A stretch of 64,000 nt of DNA from Bugula neritina (taxonomy: Eukaryota; Animalia; Bryozoa): the NCBI GenBank assembly GCA_964035545.1, contig OZ037765.1, positions 23,683,504 to 23,747,503 on the forward strand. The letters are read 5' to 3'. The notes beneath the pieces were generated by a model. That model was not told the DNA's origin and searched no databases. It was given only the letters and a program-made list of their open reading frames with translations. The first letter of the stretch is position 1; the number at the start of each line of letters is the position of its first letter. Positions 38,501 through 52,900 of this stretch are shown here, piece by piece. Position numbers and translations under genes: made by a program.

Positions 38501-40485
38501 ACACAGCTACTAGCTTACTTGCTATCTTTTCATAATGTTGTTCAGATGCATTTGATGATAGCTTATATCCTCATACATCATTTGTGATTTAGTTTATTTA
38601 CTCCCAATGATATTTGCATAATATTATGTAACAAAGCACTAAATTTTAGCATTTCATAAAGTTGCAAAATTTTCAAATCAATGAACCACTGAAAATGAGG
38701 GAAAACAAAACCAGCAACTGCTGGTGATTTGTGTAAGAATATACTTAAAAATCAGTATCAACATTTAAAGTGTAAAACCATTTCCTTCAAGTGCCAAAAT
38801 TATTGAATTGGTTCCCACAGCCTTGATCAGCTAGACTTTAATCTAGCTTCTAATAGGCTGCTGGTTCGCCTAAGTCATGCAAATATCATATTGACAGCCA
38901 ACACTTGAAAACTCTTTTTAATATATTTTCTCCTGTCAAGTTAGGTCTGAAATATTGATTTGGTTTAGAATATCTTAGTTTGTATTTAACAAATACGCCA
39001 TTGCTGCTGTGTACAAATAAACTAATGGTGTTTTGTTTGTCTATAAGTTATTGATGCAGTAGCAGAAGTTGAGAAATTTTGCTTACCTGAAAATTTGAGA
39101 ATTAAGATAATTCAAGCAAAAGGAAGTTGGATAGAGTAAAAGAACCCCAAGCTGATCTAGTGATCTATACCAGTCTTGTAATGTTAGTAAAACTTCACAC
39201 AATACTACTACTCTCTCAAATTTGATGAGTAGAAATGAACCGACTGATCACCCAGACCCATTGATGATCAATACACGACATTGAAGACTGACTATCAGAA
39301 GGAACAGAGTGCACTGAAATTCTATTTCACAGAAATGGTTGAATAAAAGAAGGCTATAGAAAGCTTTGTATGCGAAAGAAAATTACTTAACCAAATGAGA
39401 AAATATCAATACGAACCTTTATTCCAGCAGTCATATCCCTAAAACAACAGAAAGATCATATATATTTTTATGACAATGTAAAGGGATGGACAATACTTGG
39501 CATACAGCTGTATATGTTTTATGTCATTAATGAACATGCTCCTAATTAGGTGAAGAATGACAATCACAATAGGCCAATTGTTGATAATGAAAAGAGTGCA
39601 TACTCTTTGATCAACATATAAACAAAAATCTATCTATCTAATTGATCTGTATTTTCATAGCATTATAACAAAAATAAATATATTAAGAGTATTATGTTTA
39701 TAGGAAAAAAGACAGCACAATTAACAGACAAGAGGGGCCACCTAGTGCATTTTTACACAACATGAGTCCATGCATTACTTTTTCTTCACAACCTTAAAAC
39801 TAATCAATCGCTGAATCTACTTTGCTAAAACCACCGGTTGCCTCCAGCAACACTAAAGAACCAGGTGGAATATATAAACATAACACCTTTAACCAAAATA
39901 TAAATTAAAATAGTAATAAAAATAAAATGTCACTAAAATATACTTGTAACAGCTGTAACTATAACATAGCCCCAAAATATTTGTCAAGCTGCTGGCTTCT
40001 TCATTTGTTTGCAGCTTCTCTTTGCATCCATATAGGATCTCATAGCACACTATACTTAAAGTGATGTACAGAATTACAATACTTTTGGAGAATGGGTCAA
40101 CATTCACAAAAAGTTATGTCACAAACTTGAGCTGCATAGTCCCCCTAACATGAAATATGCTACAAAATCTCAATCTCCGTATTATCAAAACTCTGAGGAT
40201 ATATAATTTATGGTGGTGTCGAGGGAACAAGGAAATATCTCTGTTGAGTTAGTAGGATTCTCACCTGCCAGCCACAGCTGCATTAGCGTTAGTAAGAAGG
40301 AGCTGTTGTATCGGCTGAAGTCCTACAGCAGAATTATGAGCTACTGTGGCAGCACTCTGAGGATGAGTGAGTTGAGACGGTGTAATCATAGATGGAACAT
40401 TGGCAGCCATGGATTGTAATGAGTCATAGTAGGTCTGCAGCGTAGATGCAGGGTTATGCTGTGGCACATATATGTATGATGCCAT
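26533..40485 (-). CDS. PTBP: Polypyrimidine tract-binding protein (PTB/hephaestus/PTBP family), 4 RRMs, ~757 aa with all exons included
   Basis: Motifs [102 protein letters not shown]. Exons 40265-40485, 39417-39438, 37658-37774, 37201-37365, 36175-36321, 34701-34838, 34527-34578, 34119-34177, 33063-33264, 31134-31283, 30175-30207, 29786-30054, 28457-28490, 28167-28259, 27829-28048, 27311-27449, 26533-26745 sum to 2274 nt in frame. The first coding exon is the least certain. Confidence 0.95.
28457..28490 (-). CDS. PTBP: PTB 34-nt exon ([12 protein letters not shown]), equivalent to vertebrate PTBP1 exon 11 / PTBP2 exon 10
   Basis: tag|AAAGCTACGCCAGACGGCCTGTTCACGCTTTTTG|gtatgt. Required to bridge phase 0 to phase 1 in RRM3. 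Not in the ORF track. Confidence 0.93.
28496..28740 (-). promoter_or_regulatory. AG-exclusion zone with distant branch point and pyrimidine tract upstream of the PTB 34-nt exon
   Basis: No AG on the minus strand between 28722 and 28496. TATTAAC (28739-28733) is followed by TTTTGTTTGTTTTCTTTTTCTCTTCTCTT. Several TCTT/CTCT motifs lie within the zone. Confidence 0.8.
30175..30207 (-). CDS. PTBP: PTB 33-nt symmetric micro-exon in the RRM2-RRM3 linker ([11 protein letters not shown])
   Basis: tttctttttttag|TTCATCAAGCTATGCACTCAATGCCTTTTCAAG|gtgagt; phase 1-1 and open. Confidence 0.8.
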
Positions 40486-43400
40486 TGCGAGTAACTAGAA
40501 ATGCCACTCTTTCAACTACCATATGGTGCTTCTGTTATCTACTGATGACACACTTTAGACTGATATGGAAGAAAATTAGAAAATTCTGTAGACAAATACC
40601 TTCGCCACTGCCAAGGATGTAGATTATTGCCAATTCACAGCAGTCGCAGGTGAGAGGAGTCTGTAGAGTTGTTCGCTTCGGTTGTCAACTGGTGGGTATT
40701 TCAACCTTTCAAACACCTCACTCAAATAAAGAGCTCGACTAAAGCACTTCAGTCAACAAACTGATGAGCTAAATTTCTATTTGAACAGTTTCAAGGTTTC
40801 AAATAGCCTACTTCACCACGATATGCTTGTGCAGTGTTCTTCGGATAAAGACTATAGTGCGACTGTTCGATGTCGTGTGAATGTAGTTTAATAGCTAGCC
40901 ATAAGCAGTATAATATTGTACGCTACAATCTTCTCACAGCATTTATTGGATGCTCTATCAGTTTTAAATAGAATGAAATGAAGGAAATGAATAAGCCTGG
41001 TTGACAGAATGCATTTATCACACTCGAAAGCATTAGATCCAAAAGTCTAATGATAGCTAGTGCGTAGAGTTTCTCAATTAATGGTTTATTGCTTAGTGAA
41101 GCCAGGGCTATGGAGTGCATCCAATAGATAGCGAGCTACACTGCATGAGCATACACAAAAGGAAGTTTCTAAAGCTGGTCTTGTGAATAGCCACACACAT
41201 CTAATAGGCTATTTGAAAAATATAATTTACTTTTCAGCAGTTTTACTTTCTGCTGCAGGATGTTTTTAAATTGTCTGGTTTGTATTTTATATAATGAAAA
41301 AAGAAGCACAATAGGCATTGTCACAATAAGAAAGTTACACTAAATATAATTTAGTTACCTTTTTGTTGATTTTATTGCATATATTGATATTTGGGCAAAG
41401 ACTTATGGCATCTTTAGAGTAAAAAAAGGATATAGAATTTAGAAATACCCAACTTTTAACTTAATAACAAAAATGATATCATTGCTCAGTATTGTGATTA
41501 AATCATATGATAAGGATGACTTAGTCACTGAGATGTTTGAGAATATTATACAGCTATCTTTGTAATTGATTGTCCAGAAATTGTATCTGCAGAGCTGATG
41601 TTACCCCAAGTTAAACAATTAGTCCCTCGCTTGTATTATGTAGAACTTCAGTGCAGCATTTTATTTTTACCAAATTTCATATTGATTTGCCAGATTAAAG
41701 CATTGCTTTTGATAGCCATGTTCACAATAGCTACATGGCACTGATAAGCTGGCAATAGAAATCAAATTTTATCCAAAATATGTCTTTATAGATGACAAAA
41801 CTATACATCACATCAAGAAACTATGATTATTGATTGATTTTACTATGTGTACTGTCATTATTACCATATAGAATTATCATAACAGCTGGCAACAATATTG
41901 CCCTCACTGTGTTAAATATGCTATTTCAACCAGTTTGATGCAATATTTTTTCTGAAATTATTAAGCAATGATATTGATTCATTGATTGCCTCTTATGAGT
42001 CAAACTCCTAGTAATGAGTTTGAAATAGACCAGACAAGACCTTACAATATTACAAACATTTTTTAAAACTCTGAATGATTGGTAACAGATGGAAAACTAA
42101 ATAATCCCCAAGTAAGTTGGAACATGATAGACTGTAGCAAGTTAAGCTCTACACAGCTGCAGTAGGCCACAATTGTTGCTCTAATACTAAACATTCGCCA
42201 AGTATTATGGTTTATTATCGTTTGAAAATAGTTTTTTGTAGAGTCATTCCTCAAAATTTAAATCTATTGTTACATATTATACATGCATATGGTTAGTGTA
42301 TCACTTTGAAGTTTAAATACTCAACCATGACTATTTCGAGTGATATTGTCCATTTAGGAGCAGTAGTGGAGAAATTGAAATAGCTATAAGTTTTCTCATT
42401 CTCTTATTAGATGTTGGTAAGGGGCACAAGTTAAAATTCTCGATAAGATAACTTCTTTTACTGCATTTTTAATCTAGAACACAGGCTTTTCTCAATTTCT
42501 TCACTATACTGCACCTACTTCTGTTATTGAGCGAATCAGGTACAAATAGCTTAGCAAAGACCAGACTATATTTGATAGCTTTGTTGGCAACTACCAAAGT
42601 TATTAGAAACTCAAACTGTATACTGCAATGTTATCAATTTATTTGTGCACATATTATGATCAAAAAGATAACAGAGGGTCCATTAAAATCTAATAACCTG
42701 GAGGAAAAACTGTACAGCAATAGTAAAAAATCAAACACATGTGTGGGATTTAACCTATATTATCTAATTTTTAGATTGATAATGTGCAATTTTTAATACC
42801 AATGGACCAAAGAGCATAAGCATGGCTACCAATGAAGCATATCATTCCATCATAAAAAGATCTACTAAAGTTTACTGGAACATAGCTTGCAACATTTAAC
42901 ATTAGATTCATAATGGAGCATCTAGTAGCTTGGCTAAGTACCATCATTTGCAATTAAAAATATCAACTATGAAGCATCATGTAAACCATTGTTTTATTTA
43001 AGTGTAGCACAACCCAAACTCATGTTAGGAAGAATTGGTAATCAATTAGCTTGTATACAGTATTTCAGTCCAAACTTTGATGCTATGTGATAAGTTATGT
43101 AAGTTCAACAACAGCAAATTGACAACCTACTAGCATAGTATAATGCAATAGTTCAAAACTAATTGCCTCTTATCATATTACATACATGTGCACATGTCAC
43201 ATGGGTAATAAATGTTTCAGTTATCCTCATTGTGATCTGCTCAGACACAAGTAGATATTTAAATAGAGCACACTCACAATGAAAGAGGCCTGTATGGCTT
43301 AGTTGCAGGTGATGGCTCTCTAACAATCCTTACAATTTTTCACCATAAAAGTTGCCTGTAAATATAATGCAGGTCATAAATCATAGCGTCAGGCCCACCT

Positions 43401-43958
43401 GTTTAGAGGAGACAAATTCATACCTAAGGCTATTGCTCAATGCAACATGTAGTAGAAAATGCAACTTACTTTTCATTTCGACCCATAATTGAAACAATGC
43501 TATACAAAAATTTCTGCCAATTAAACAGTTTTATATAAATTTATGAACAAAACCTACAAAAAGCTCTCACCTTAAAACAAGCAAGTTTAAAGTAAAGTGT
43601 TAGGTGGAATTTAAATATGTTGTTATTGTTGCGTATTATATCAAATCATGATCTAATATATTAATTTATAACATATAAAGATCTGATGCCCAATATCAAA
43701 ACTATATTTATGTAGATCTACAGCAATACAAGAGTAAATTAATAGCTATTTCTCACCTATCTCCGCTTTGTCCTGTTCAGGTAGCGGGACAAGAGTAAAT
43801 TAATAGTGAGCCAATTTAATTGAATCTATATCTGTCCAAAGGTCTGGGGTAATGTGATAACAACATGCTAGTGACATTCATACCAATAATTACATGCATA
43901 TAGATTATATAGCACAAGAGTTACAAAAGAGTCTATGTTATATAATTTATATATTTTT

Positions 43959-46900
43959 TCAACAATCATATATATGAGTGAGAATATAAAAAAAAGTAAA
44001 AAGAGACAGCGAAGATATTTCATACAATAATTTAGGAGCAAAAACTGTCCAAACAAATAGATGATATCTTTCTAGTATAATTAGAAATTGAAGCACCAGC
44101 ATATCAAACATCTTGAATGTAAGGTAGAGCCAAGATGCATGCTTCACCGTCTTTCTACAAACCATATCAACACACACATATATAGATATTGCCAAGTTTA
44201 GTATAAAAACCATTTATATGTGTTCTGAGTCCCAACAAGTGGTAGATGGAATTACAGTGCAAGTATATTAGACTTGGGGTTAAAGCACTCTCCACTCTAA
44301 TTTAAACTTTTATCAAATAAAATGCTGGTGATGTGACCAACATTTTATTCAAATTTAGAGCTTTGCTTCTTATCCAGCATCAGTTATTTGATGACAAGCA
44401 GCCTACTTTCATTGAGTAATTTTAAGAACACTCTTTTATTGCTACTTTACTGGTACTATTCCATTATCAAGTTATGTTGCTCCAAAAAATACCTAAGTCT
44501 ATTGGCCAAGTTCAGGGTTAGAGTTGAATTTGCAGAACTTTAGATTTTAACCATGATGAAAGAAGTATATTATCATTTCTATATAGGCCTACGTACATTG
44601 AATGTTGGTACCTATCAAAAAAAGTTGTTTTAGGTATGCTAATTATAATCTATTAACAGACCTATTATATGAAAAAATATATGCTAAGGTTTATATTGTG
44701 TAATATGGCATAGATCTATTTTCTGTAGCATAGGGCTAAGGGCATAATATATGCAAATTCCTAGAATAAACTAAATACAGTAAATATTGCTACACGGCAT
44801 ATCAGATTAAAGTTAAACATTACTTCATTATATATGCTCAATATAAACATCAATGCACAAATTATGCAAGGCACCTTTGGCACAAACAACTTGGTAAAAA
44901 TCTAGATTTGTACGACACAAAAATGAACATGGAATTAAGGAGTTGTCTCTCTTTTTTAATCCACAACTGTATCTGCTTTATTGATTGGCCTTTGCAGTCG
45001 TTTTTCCTTACATCTTGGAGTCAAATTAAAGAAGACAACTAGGACTTGAGAAGTTTGCATATTTAAATAGGAGAGTGATTACACTTTCACACTGAGCTTA
45101 CAAAACAGAATTAGGGAGCAGCTTCCTACAAAAGAAATTCTGCCTATTTATAGCCTCGTTCTCTGTGAAAACTATTATTTTTGTTAGGCTGGCTATAGAC
45201 TGCCCGCAAACTTTGCTTGAAGGCTTTTACATAACACAGGAGTGATGAGCGTGTATTGTGGATGGGTCATGCTGGGGTTTGATCAACCAGCATCTCTAGT
45301 TACAAGACCTGACTGCTCCCTACATTGATTTCTATTATCGTACAACACCAATTCCGTACCTGTAGGAGTTGTCTTGACGATTCAACTGTATGCATAGACT
45401 GAGAATCCAGAATATTGGCCCAGAGTAAGTATTGCAAAACAAAAGAACTGGAGTAATAGCAGGATTGTATGACCACATCCCCTTATAGCCAGCACCCACA
45501 TCTATGGTACTCAGGCCATTGGAGTTGCCCTACAACACACATGCTGAAACTTTTAGCACTCTGATATTTATAAAATCTATTGAAGGCGTGAACACAAATA
45601 CAAGAACCTACATTATTAGTATAAACCATAATGTGACTAGGAAATTTTGAAGGTAAGAATAACATTAGCAGAAACTAAATATTTTAAAGTCGAAGTTAGT
45701 ACTTCTGTGATTGTTTGCACTGTTCAAAATAGTTTTATCAACAACACTATTTTCAACAAACTTTATAAATGACCTTAGTATTTTTATAGTTTTCCATAAC
45801 TACCCCAACATCTCTAATCATAAAATACAAATAAACATTTTATATTTACCCATAATTCCAATCATTTTTTATGAGAAACACAATCATTGCAAAGTATGAT
45901 TAAATTCATATTGACAATACAATAAGATGCAGAATATATCGGGTCAAGATTTCTTGAACTCTACACAGTTTGATTATAAGTGACCTCTTTCTTAACTAAC
46001 ACCGGTTTCACAAATTAACAATGAAATAGTCAATAACGGCAAAAATAATTAAAAAAAAATATCCATATATATATTTAAAACAGTAGAAGACGATTACCTG
46101 ATAGAAATACGACGCTAAGCCCAGCCAGTAATACATATGAATTGATATATTAGAAGCTAGATGACATTTAGATAGTAGAGATTCTGCAACGGAAATTAAA
46201 GCTAAAAGAGGGAGGTTTGTAGTACGGTGAAGTAACATCATCAGCAAAACCCAGGCTATTTTGATAATATGAAGACTTTGTATATATGACTTGTTGAACC
46301 AAGTATAAAGGGCAGCGCAGAAAAGGGCAGCACAGCAGAAATACACGACATCAGCTTCATAGACACCCCTGCAACACGAGTGTATTTATTCAAAGCAGTT
46401 AATTTATCAACATGAACGAAAATTGTACATGAACCATTAATATGGACCATTTTGTGAATTATTCAATCACCATGATGAAGGAGAACTATATAATAGCACT
46501 TATTAAAATATAGATAGTGGGAGATGTAATCTCATCTTTTAGAAAAACCATGGTGATGAAATGAGAGTGTATTTATATAAAGCAATAAATTTATCAATAT
46601 TACCAAAAATTTTAAATACACACTAATAATATGAATCACTTTGTAAATTTAATTATTACTATGAAGGGAAACTGTGTAACAGCATTTACCAAACTGTATT
46701 AAAATTTAGAGATTAGTAGTTGTAATCTCATAGTTTAAGAAAATATGAAATAATGCTATTCTCATCTGCATTAAAACACTAAGAAATCACCTAAATTAAC
46801 AGATGGGGCCTGCAGACCCAAAATATTGAGCATGTTATCAATTTTTTGTACATTATAATCTACTTAAACAGCAAATATTCAGTTTTATTCTACAAACTTA

Positions 46901-49900
46901 TCAAATTTAGCTATGATATATTATAAATACAATTTTTAACAAAGCAAGATTCATAAAGTTACAATGTAACTGTGAATTTACTAAAAAATACTCTTTTTTC
47001 ATGACATAAAATTATTAAAAAATGATTACTTGATATAGATAATAATGGGTGAAGTACACCAATGTATATAATATAGTCATGGAATACGCTGCACATACAT
47101 CATTACATACAGAGAGTAGAACTGAACCTGTGAGATGTGGAATAGTAGCTAACATCCTGCATGACGTAGAGAGCTGTAGAGCCAACAGAAGTTACCACCA
47201 ACATCATGGTGAGAGGAGTTGTGGCTGGGGGTAGATTGAGAGCGGAGATGATAGGTAAAGAGACTAAAGACATCACAGCTTTTGTGTGCCGATATTCCGG
47301 TCTAAATAAACACACGAGTCACAATACTGGGACAACTTTTCAAATAGTATTTATATATACAATATAACAAATTATTCAAATCCTGAAAAACTGAGTATAA
47401 TTATTGATTAAATTACTATATTTATGAGGGAACACTTGCACGAACTTTACCCTAACTGTCACTGATTAATATATAATATTTGTCAAGCTAACCAGTCACA
47501 CATAGTATACATACATGTATCATGAACAACTTGCAACGCTATTCTGCTAACGCAACACATTATATTTCCCTTATTTCAAATATTCCATATTACCAACTAA
47601 CTTATTAAGTTGATCACCAATATCAGGAAGGTGAATCCATTTATCTCCTGTTTGATTCCATTTCCTGGCAATTGTTAAGCAGACACAAGCTATGAAGAGA
47701 TTACATGAAGTCTTTGTGTCAGATTGAATCATTGCTGTAGCCAGACTGGCTGTGATAATAGTCAGGGAAAAGAAGTAGACTAGCTGATGCTCCTCTTCAA
47801 TAAAACTACTAGCTAGTAGGGACAAGCTGTGAGCACCCGCAAATACATAAAACTTGGTGTCTGGTGATGTGAAAATGGATTGGAATGCACTCTAAAACAA
47901 AGAACTCAGAAATCTAGTTTTATGTACATAACCTCTCCACAATTTTTTTAAAAATACATCCATGTGAACAAATAAATTGCAAAATCATAGTATTATATAA
48001 TCTGTTAAAAAGCTGTGATTAAAAAATAAAGAATTATATGTTTCTTATAAGCATTTAAAAATTCAGCATATCTAAGCTCAAAAAATATTAAAAGCAATTT
48101 TTCATTAGATTTTGAGCATTTATTTGATATTGTGTGCGCTGTGTTTTAAGCATTTTAAAACTATCACCAAATATTTTATCCAAATCTTGGAGTCAACTTC
48201 AGATTTTAAAATGGGTGAAGTTTGCATGCTAAAAAGTGTATAAATACAATGAGATACAATAATACAATGATGATAGGCAAATATTATTGTACCAACCTTG
48301 ATAGAAAAGGTTCGCAATTGAAGAGACTTGAGGAACAAGGAGGTGGACAAGAGTGTGAACAGCAAGAAGGTGGCAGAGCCCAAGTAGGAGTGACACAGTG
48401 AGTTACTAGCTGAAGTACTTGTACAGTGCACATAGAGTACAGAGTATAGTATGAAACCGATCACTAAAAATGTTGAGAGAAACTTTTTGTCCAATGTAGT
48501 CACTCCCCATAAGTGACAGCAAACTATCTACAAATAGATGATATATTTACAAAAATTAAACATTGTGTTGAAATAATTCACTTTTAAAAATTTGTAAAAA
48601 ATCATATTATTTTCTCCACATTTCTTGGCAATTCGCAGAGCAGCAATCAGCAATACAGTAACACTTTGAAAGCCTAACTTAGTATTTACAGTGACTAGCA
48701 TAGCATAGATTACATATTTGCCAAAATTAAAAAAAATATTTTGAAAAAGCCTAGTCATATTATTTTCTCCACATTTCTTGCTAATAGGCATAGCAAACAG
48801 TAATACTTAGGGAACCTAACTTACCGTGACTAGCATAGCAAAGGCACACATCATGGCTGCGACATCATAGTCAGCAACCTTAGCTGCTAGTAACTTCTGT
48901 ATTTCTAGCAGTAAATCACTGAACTCCTTAACCAAAGGTGAGTAGCGATCTGACTGCGGCAGCGTATTATCAATATATAAGTGGTACTTCTTCTGCAGCG
49001 TCTCATAACGGCTGACTATCTGATCTGAGATAGAATACAGCAGCCAAGCTGACGTACATATGCGAGATTAACTCAGATATAGCAGAATAACAGACTTACT
49101 GTAATATAGCAATGATGAAACGCACCTGTTAAAACATTGTCTCTGTACATTACAGCCACCAGTTGCTTGCAGTTATAATAGAGAGTGTGTATAACATCTG
49201 TAGGATGAGATAAAGACTGGAGGAGAGAGGTAATTGCGACACCTCTATTATTCTGTGCGATTGGAATATTCATCAGCGAAGATAAAGTGGGTAGTAAATC
49301 TATTTGGTGAATATTTTCAACTTCATCTAAAATAAAGTTGATTTGATTCTATGTAAGTAAATGAAGTTGTTGTGCAGATGAAATATATAATGATATATTG
49401 AAATACAGAGTTAACTATGTAAGCTATGCTGGCAGATATAACCTGGTAGTAAATTTACCTGCGTGTGACAAGATGGAGTCAGTAATGAAGACCATAGGAG
49501 TTGAGACTTCATTTACAGACACACCACCATGTCCACCTTGGTCTGCCATTCCATGATCTCCACAGAGTACTATGAGGTAGTCAGTATGATTCTGCCAGAA
49601 TACATTGATAGTACAGCAACTGCATGAAACACAACTAGTGTTTGAGCCTTGAATTAATAAAAGCTTTAGGAAAACATTTAAATGTATATATTATGTATTC
49701 ACTATATCGACTAGTCAACAGTTACACATACGACTTTATAAATTTAAAATTATCTACAAGCTGTTATAAAAAGCATTATTACTATTAGTATTGGTACATA
49801 TAATATACTGATAGTGACATATACAACCTATGCTTGTGGAACTGGCTTTTACCCAATACAAACCAAAAATGTATACTTTGAACAAAAGAAATGAAATGAA

Positions 49901-52900
49901 CTACTGTGAACCTGCCGGAACTCAAAAGATTTTAAAGTTTCTAATCATAAAACATAAACATTTATGATTTATATAATATCTCGGAGACAAACTATTACTT
50001 GATGTCCATTATGCTCCTACGTAGTGTTTTTTCATGAGTCTCTTGATGCAAAAATTTAAATACTAATGTGCGATGAATGCTGCAAGAAGCACAAAACTAT
50101 TAGCTGCTCAATAAATGAAAAAATAATATATAGCTTGGGTCAGTTCACTTTGTTTAGTACAAGCTGATTTTGAAGCTGACAGTTTATATACATTGTAACT
50201 GCTTGCTTAAATACAAATTCATGCTCAGCTCTATAAAACAAAGATAATTTCAATTGATGCCTTAAAATATTCATTTTTCAACCAAACCCCTAATATAATA
50301 TTGCTGCTTAAACTCATTGAAAAGTGGGTTGTATAGTTACATAATTTCCCATGTGAAAGAGTTCGAAAATAGTGGTTTTGATTTCTTTTAGGATGAATGG
50401 GTTTAACAATTTTCGATAACATTGTATTTTGTTTATTCCAAATGAAAGAATTTTTTTTAGCGACAGTGATGTCTAATTTGCAGGGGTCATATGCACAAAC
50501 TTAGTAACGAAAGTCAGGTTGAAGCAACGCTAGTATCGAATTTCTCACCTCATTGTGCATGGTTGCGTTTGCTCAAGCTATTGCTGCATGCCAACTTAGG
50601 GAGTTGTCCATTTAAAAAATCATTCCGTAATATTATATGAATATATTATGCGCCTACTTTTATATAAATATCTAAATAAAATTTACTTTTACTTGAAGAA
50701 ATGTTTTCACAAAATATTTCAACAAATATTTTACTGAAATATCAACTAATTCATCTGTAATAATTGAGCTAGATTTTTTTGTACTTTTTCTGGAGGCTAT
50801 AGTCTCGTCAATGACCCGCGAAATATTAATTCCTACTAACCAAACTTATTGATATTAGGGTACAAGCGTGCAGGCCAATTTTACGAAGATTGTATTCACT
50901 GCTGCAGAATCTGTGGTAAGTATCGTTAAGTAGCTGTTCATTTTAATATTGAGCTGATTATAAGATTTAGAGTCAAAATTATATCAATTTTAAAATTTTG
51001 AATTTGCAAATTATCATTTTGATAATCATAATCATTGTGATTATCAAAAGACAAAATGATAATCTGCAAATTCAAAATTTAATTATGATAATGAATATCA
51101 ATATGAATATGCTAGTCACTCAAAGTCAGTTATCAACTAATATTATGAGTATGACTATAGTATTAGTATTAGCCATAGTTGATAGTTATACTTGTAGTTA
51201 TAGTACTAGTACTACTAGTACTACAAGTAGTACTAGTAGTAGTAATACTAGGTCTAGTACTACTAGTACTAATAGTCATTACAATTGTTATTATAACTAT
51301 TCGATCACTCTATATAATAATAATTCAAATTATAAGTATATAATAATCATAATGGCAATTGTATCATTATTATCATTAGACATTAGATGATTAGTATATC
51401 TATTGCCTATTGGCATCTGCATTTTTGTACTGAGAGTGAAACTGACACAATCACAATGACGCCCTGAGTATGAATAATAATATTAATAATATCACTATGA
51501 AGTAATGAATATTAAACTTGAACTAAATATATCTTAGTAAAAAATAAATCTTTTGGTTATTTTAGGCCATAAATTGAACATACTTCGTTTTAATTTTTAT
51601 TAATTTGCAATTCAATTGAAATATTATTGGGTTACAAATGATCAAGTGATACTCACTTTTGTATTCATATATTGATATTCATGTTTGACATAGACTACTG
51701 ATTGATACTTCCTTTGAAAGTCTTAGAGACTGTAAATAATATGCCCAAACCAATAATTATATTGATATTCATGTTGAGTAGTTTCAAGTTTACACTTGAG
51801 TTTATTAATAATATATATAATTATATTGCTAAAATATTAAATTGCTACTCTGATAATATTTTTTAAAAGAACCTTGTATCAACATTTGTATTAGCATTGG
51901 GTCTGTATGTGTTGCAAATTTGGTATGAAAAGAGTATTATAGCTAAAACTAGTATTATATAATACAGTTGCTTTTTTATTTCCTAGTTTAGTCTGATCAT
52001 ATTTAAACATGATTGTAAAATTATTAAATTTTTACTCATTTATAATGTTTTGTCACTAATAAAACTATAATTAAAATATGAAGTTATAAGATATAGAAAT
52101 ATATCTATGTAATACAATAAGTTTCATCTTTTTATTCTGTTGGAACTTAATTGAGCCATTAGTATTATCACAAAATTGGAAAATTGTTACACGCTTTTTA
52201 TTCTAAAGGTAAGAGCAAATTAAAAAAAATGGTTTAAAGTTAGATATAATCTCGATTACTAAAATTTCAATTTGACTTTAGGAATTAAAAAAATTCATTT
52301 TGATGTTTTCAAAACTTGCCAGAGTTCAATTAATAAAATGAGATGAAATTTAAAATGTTTATGAGTAATTTTTAAACTACTGATGAATGTGGTGCAATAC
52401 TAGGCTCGACTTGCAAGGTTGTATAATATGACCCATTAGTTAGCATGTGATTTTCGCTATGATTTCAGTCTCTAAAATGGATCCCAAAATAAGATCCGCT
52501 AGCATATCAAAAGCACAGTATATGAGAGAATATCGAGCCAATTTATCACCCAGTATCAAGAAAGAAAGAAGCAGACAACGAGTGGAGAAAGCGCGTCTTC
52601 GACGAGAAGCACTTCGGGAAAAAGCAAAACAAGATGATTTAGATCTTAAAAGAACTCAAACTGATGAATGTATCAAACAGTTTAGGACCAAGCGACATAA
52701 CCTTAAAGGACAACAAGCTTTATTTACACCATCAACAAAAGCAAAACACGCTGCTCAACCTATCGATAGTTCGTCACCATCAACAAGTGTTAGTTTAGAA
52801 AGCTGCCACTTAAAGACAACTCAAGAAAAAACTGTCAAAACAAGATCCGCTAGTATATCAAAAGCACAGTATATGAAAGAATATCGAGCCAATTTATCAC

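Noticed and set aside
39222-39291. C/D snoRNA candidate (TGATGA, CTGA, TGATGA, CTGA)
   Set aside because: Boxes are on the + strand, antisense to the PTB host intron. No terminal stem and no recognisable rRNA guide.
45238-45319. C/D snoRNA candidate (GTGATGA...CTGA)
   Set aside because: Antisense to PIGG, no guide recognised, and such short boxes occur by chance.
48528-48791. 87-aa ORF with a repeated KKCGENNM
   Set aside because: Lies inside the duplicated PIGG intron; the flanking exons join in frame without it.
50998-51390. 130-aa ORF rich in I/S/T/N
   Set aside because: TTG-initiated translation of a low-complexity triplet tract; the same applies to 10318-10605 and 55720-55926.
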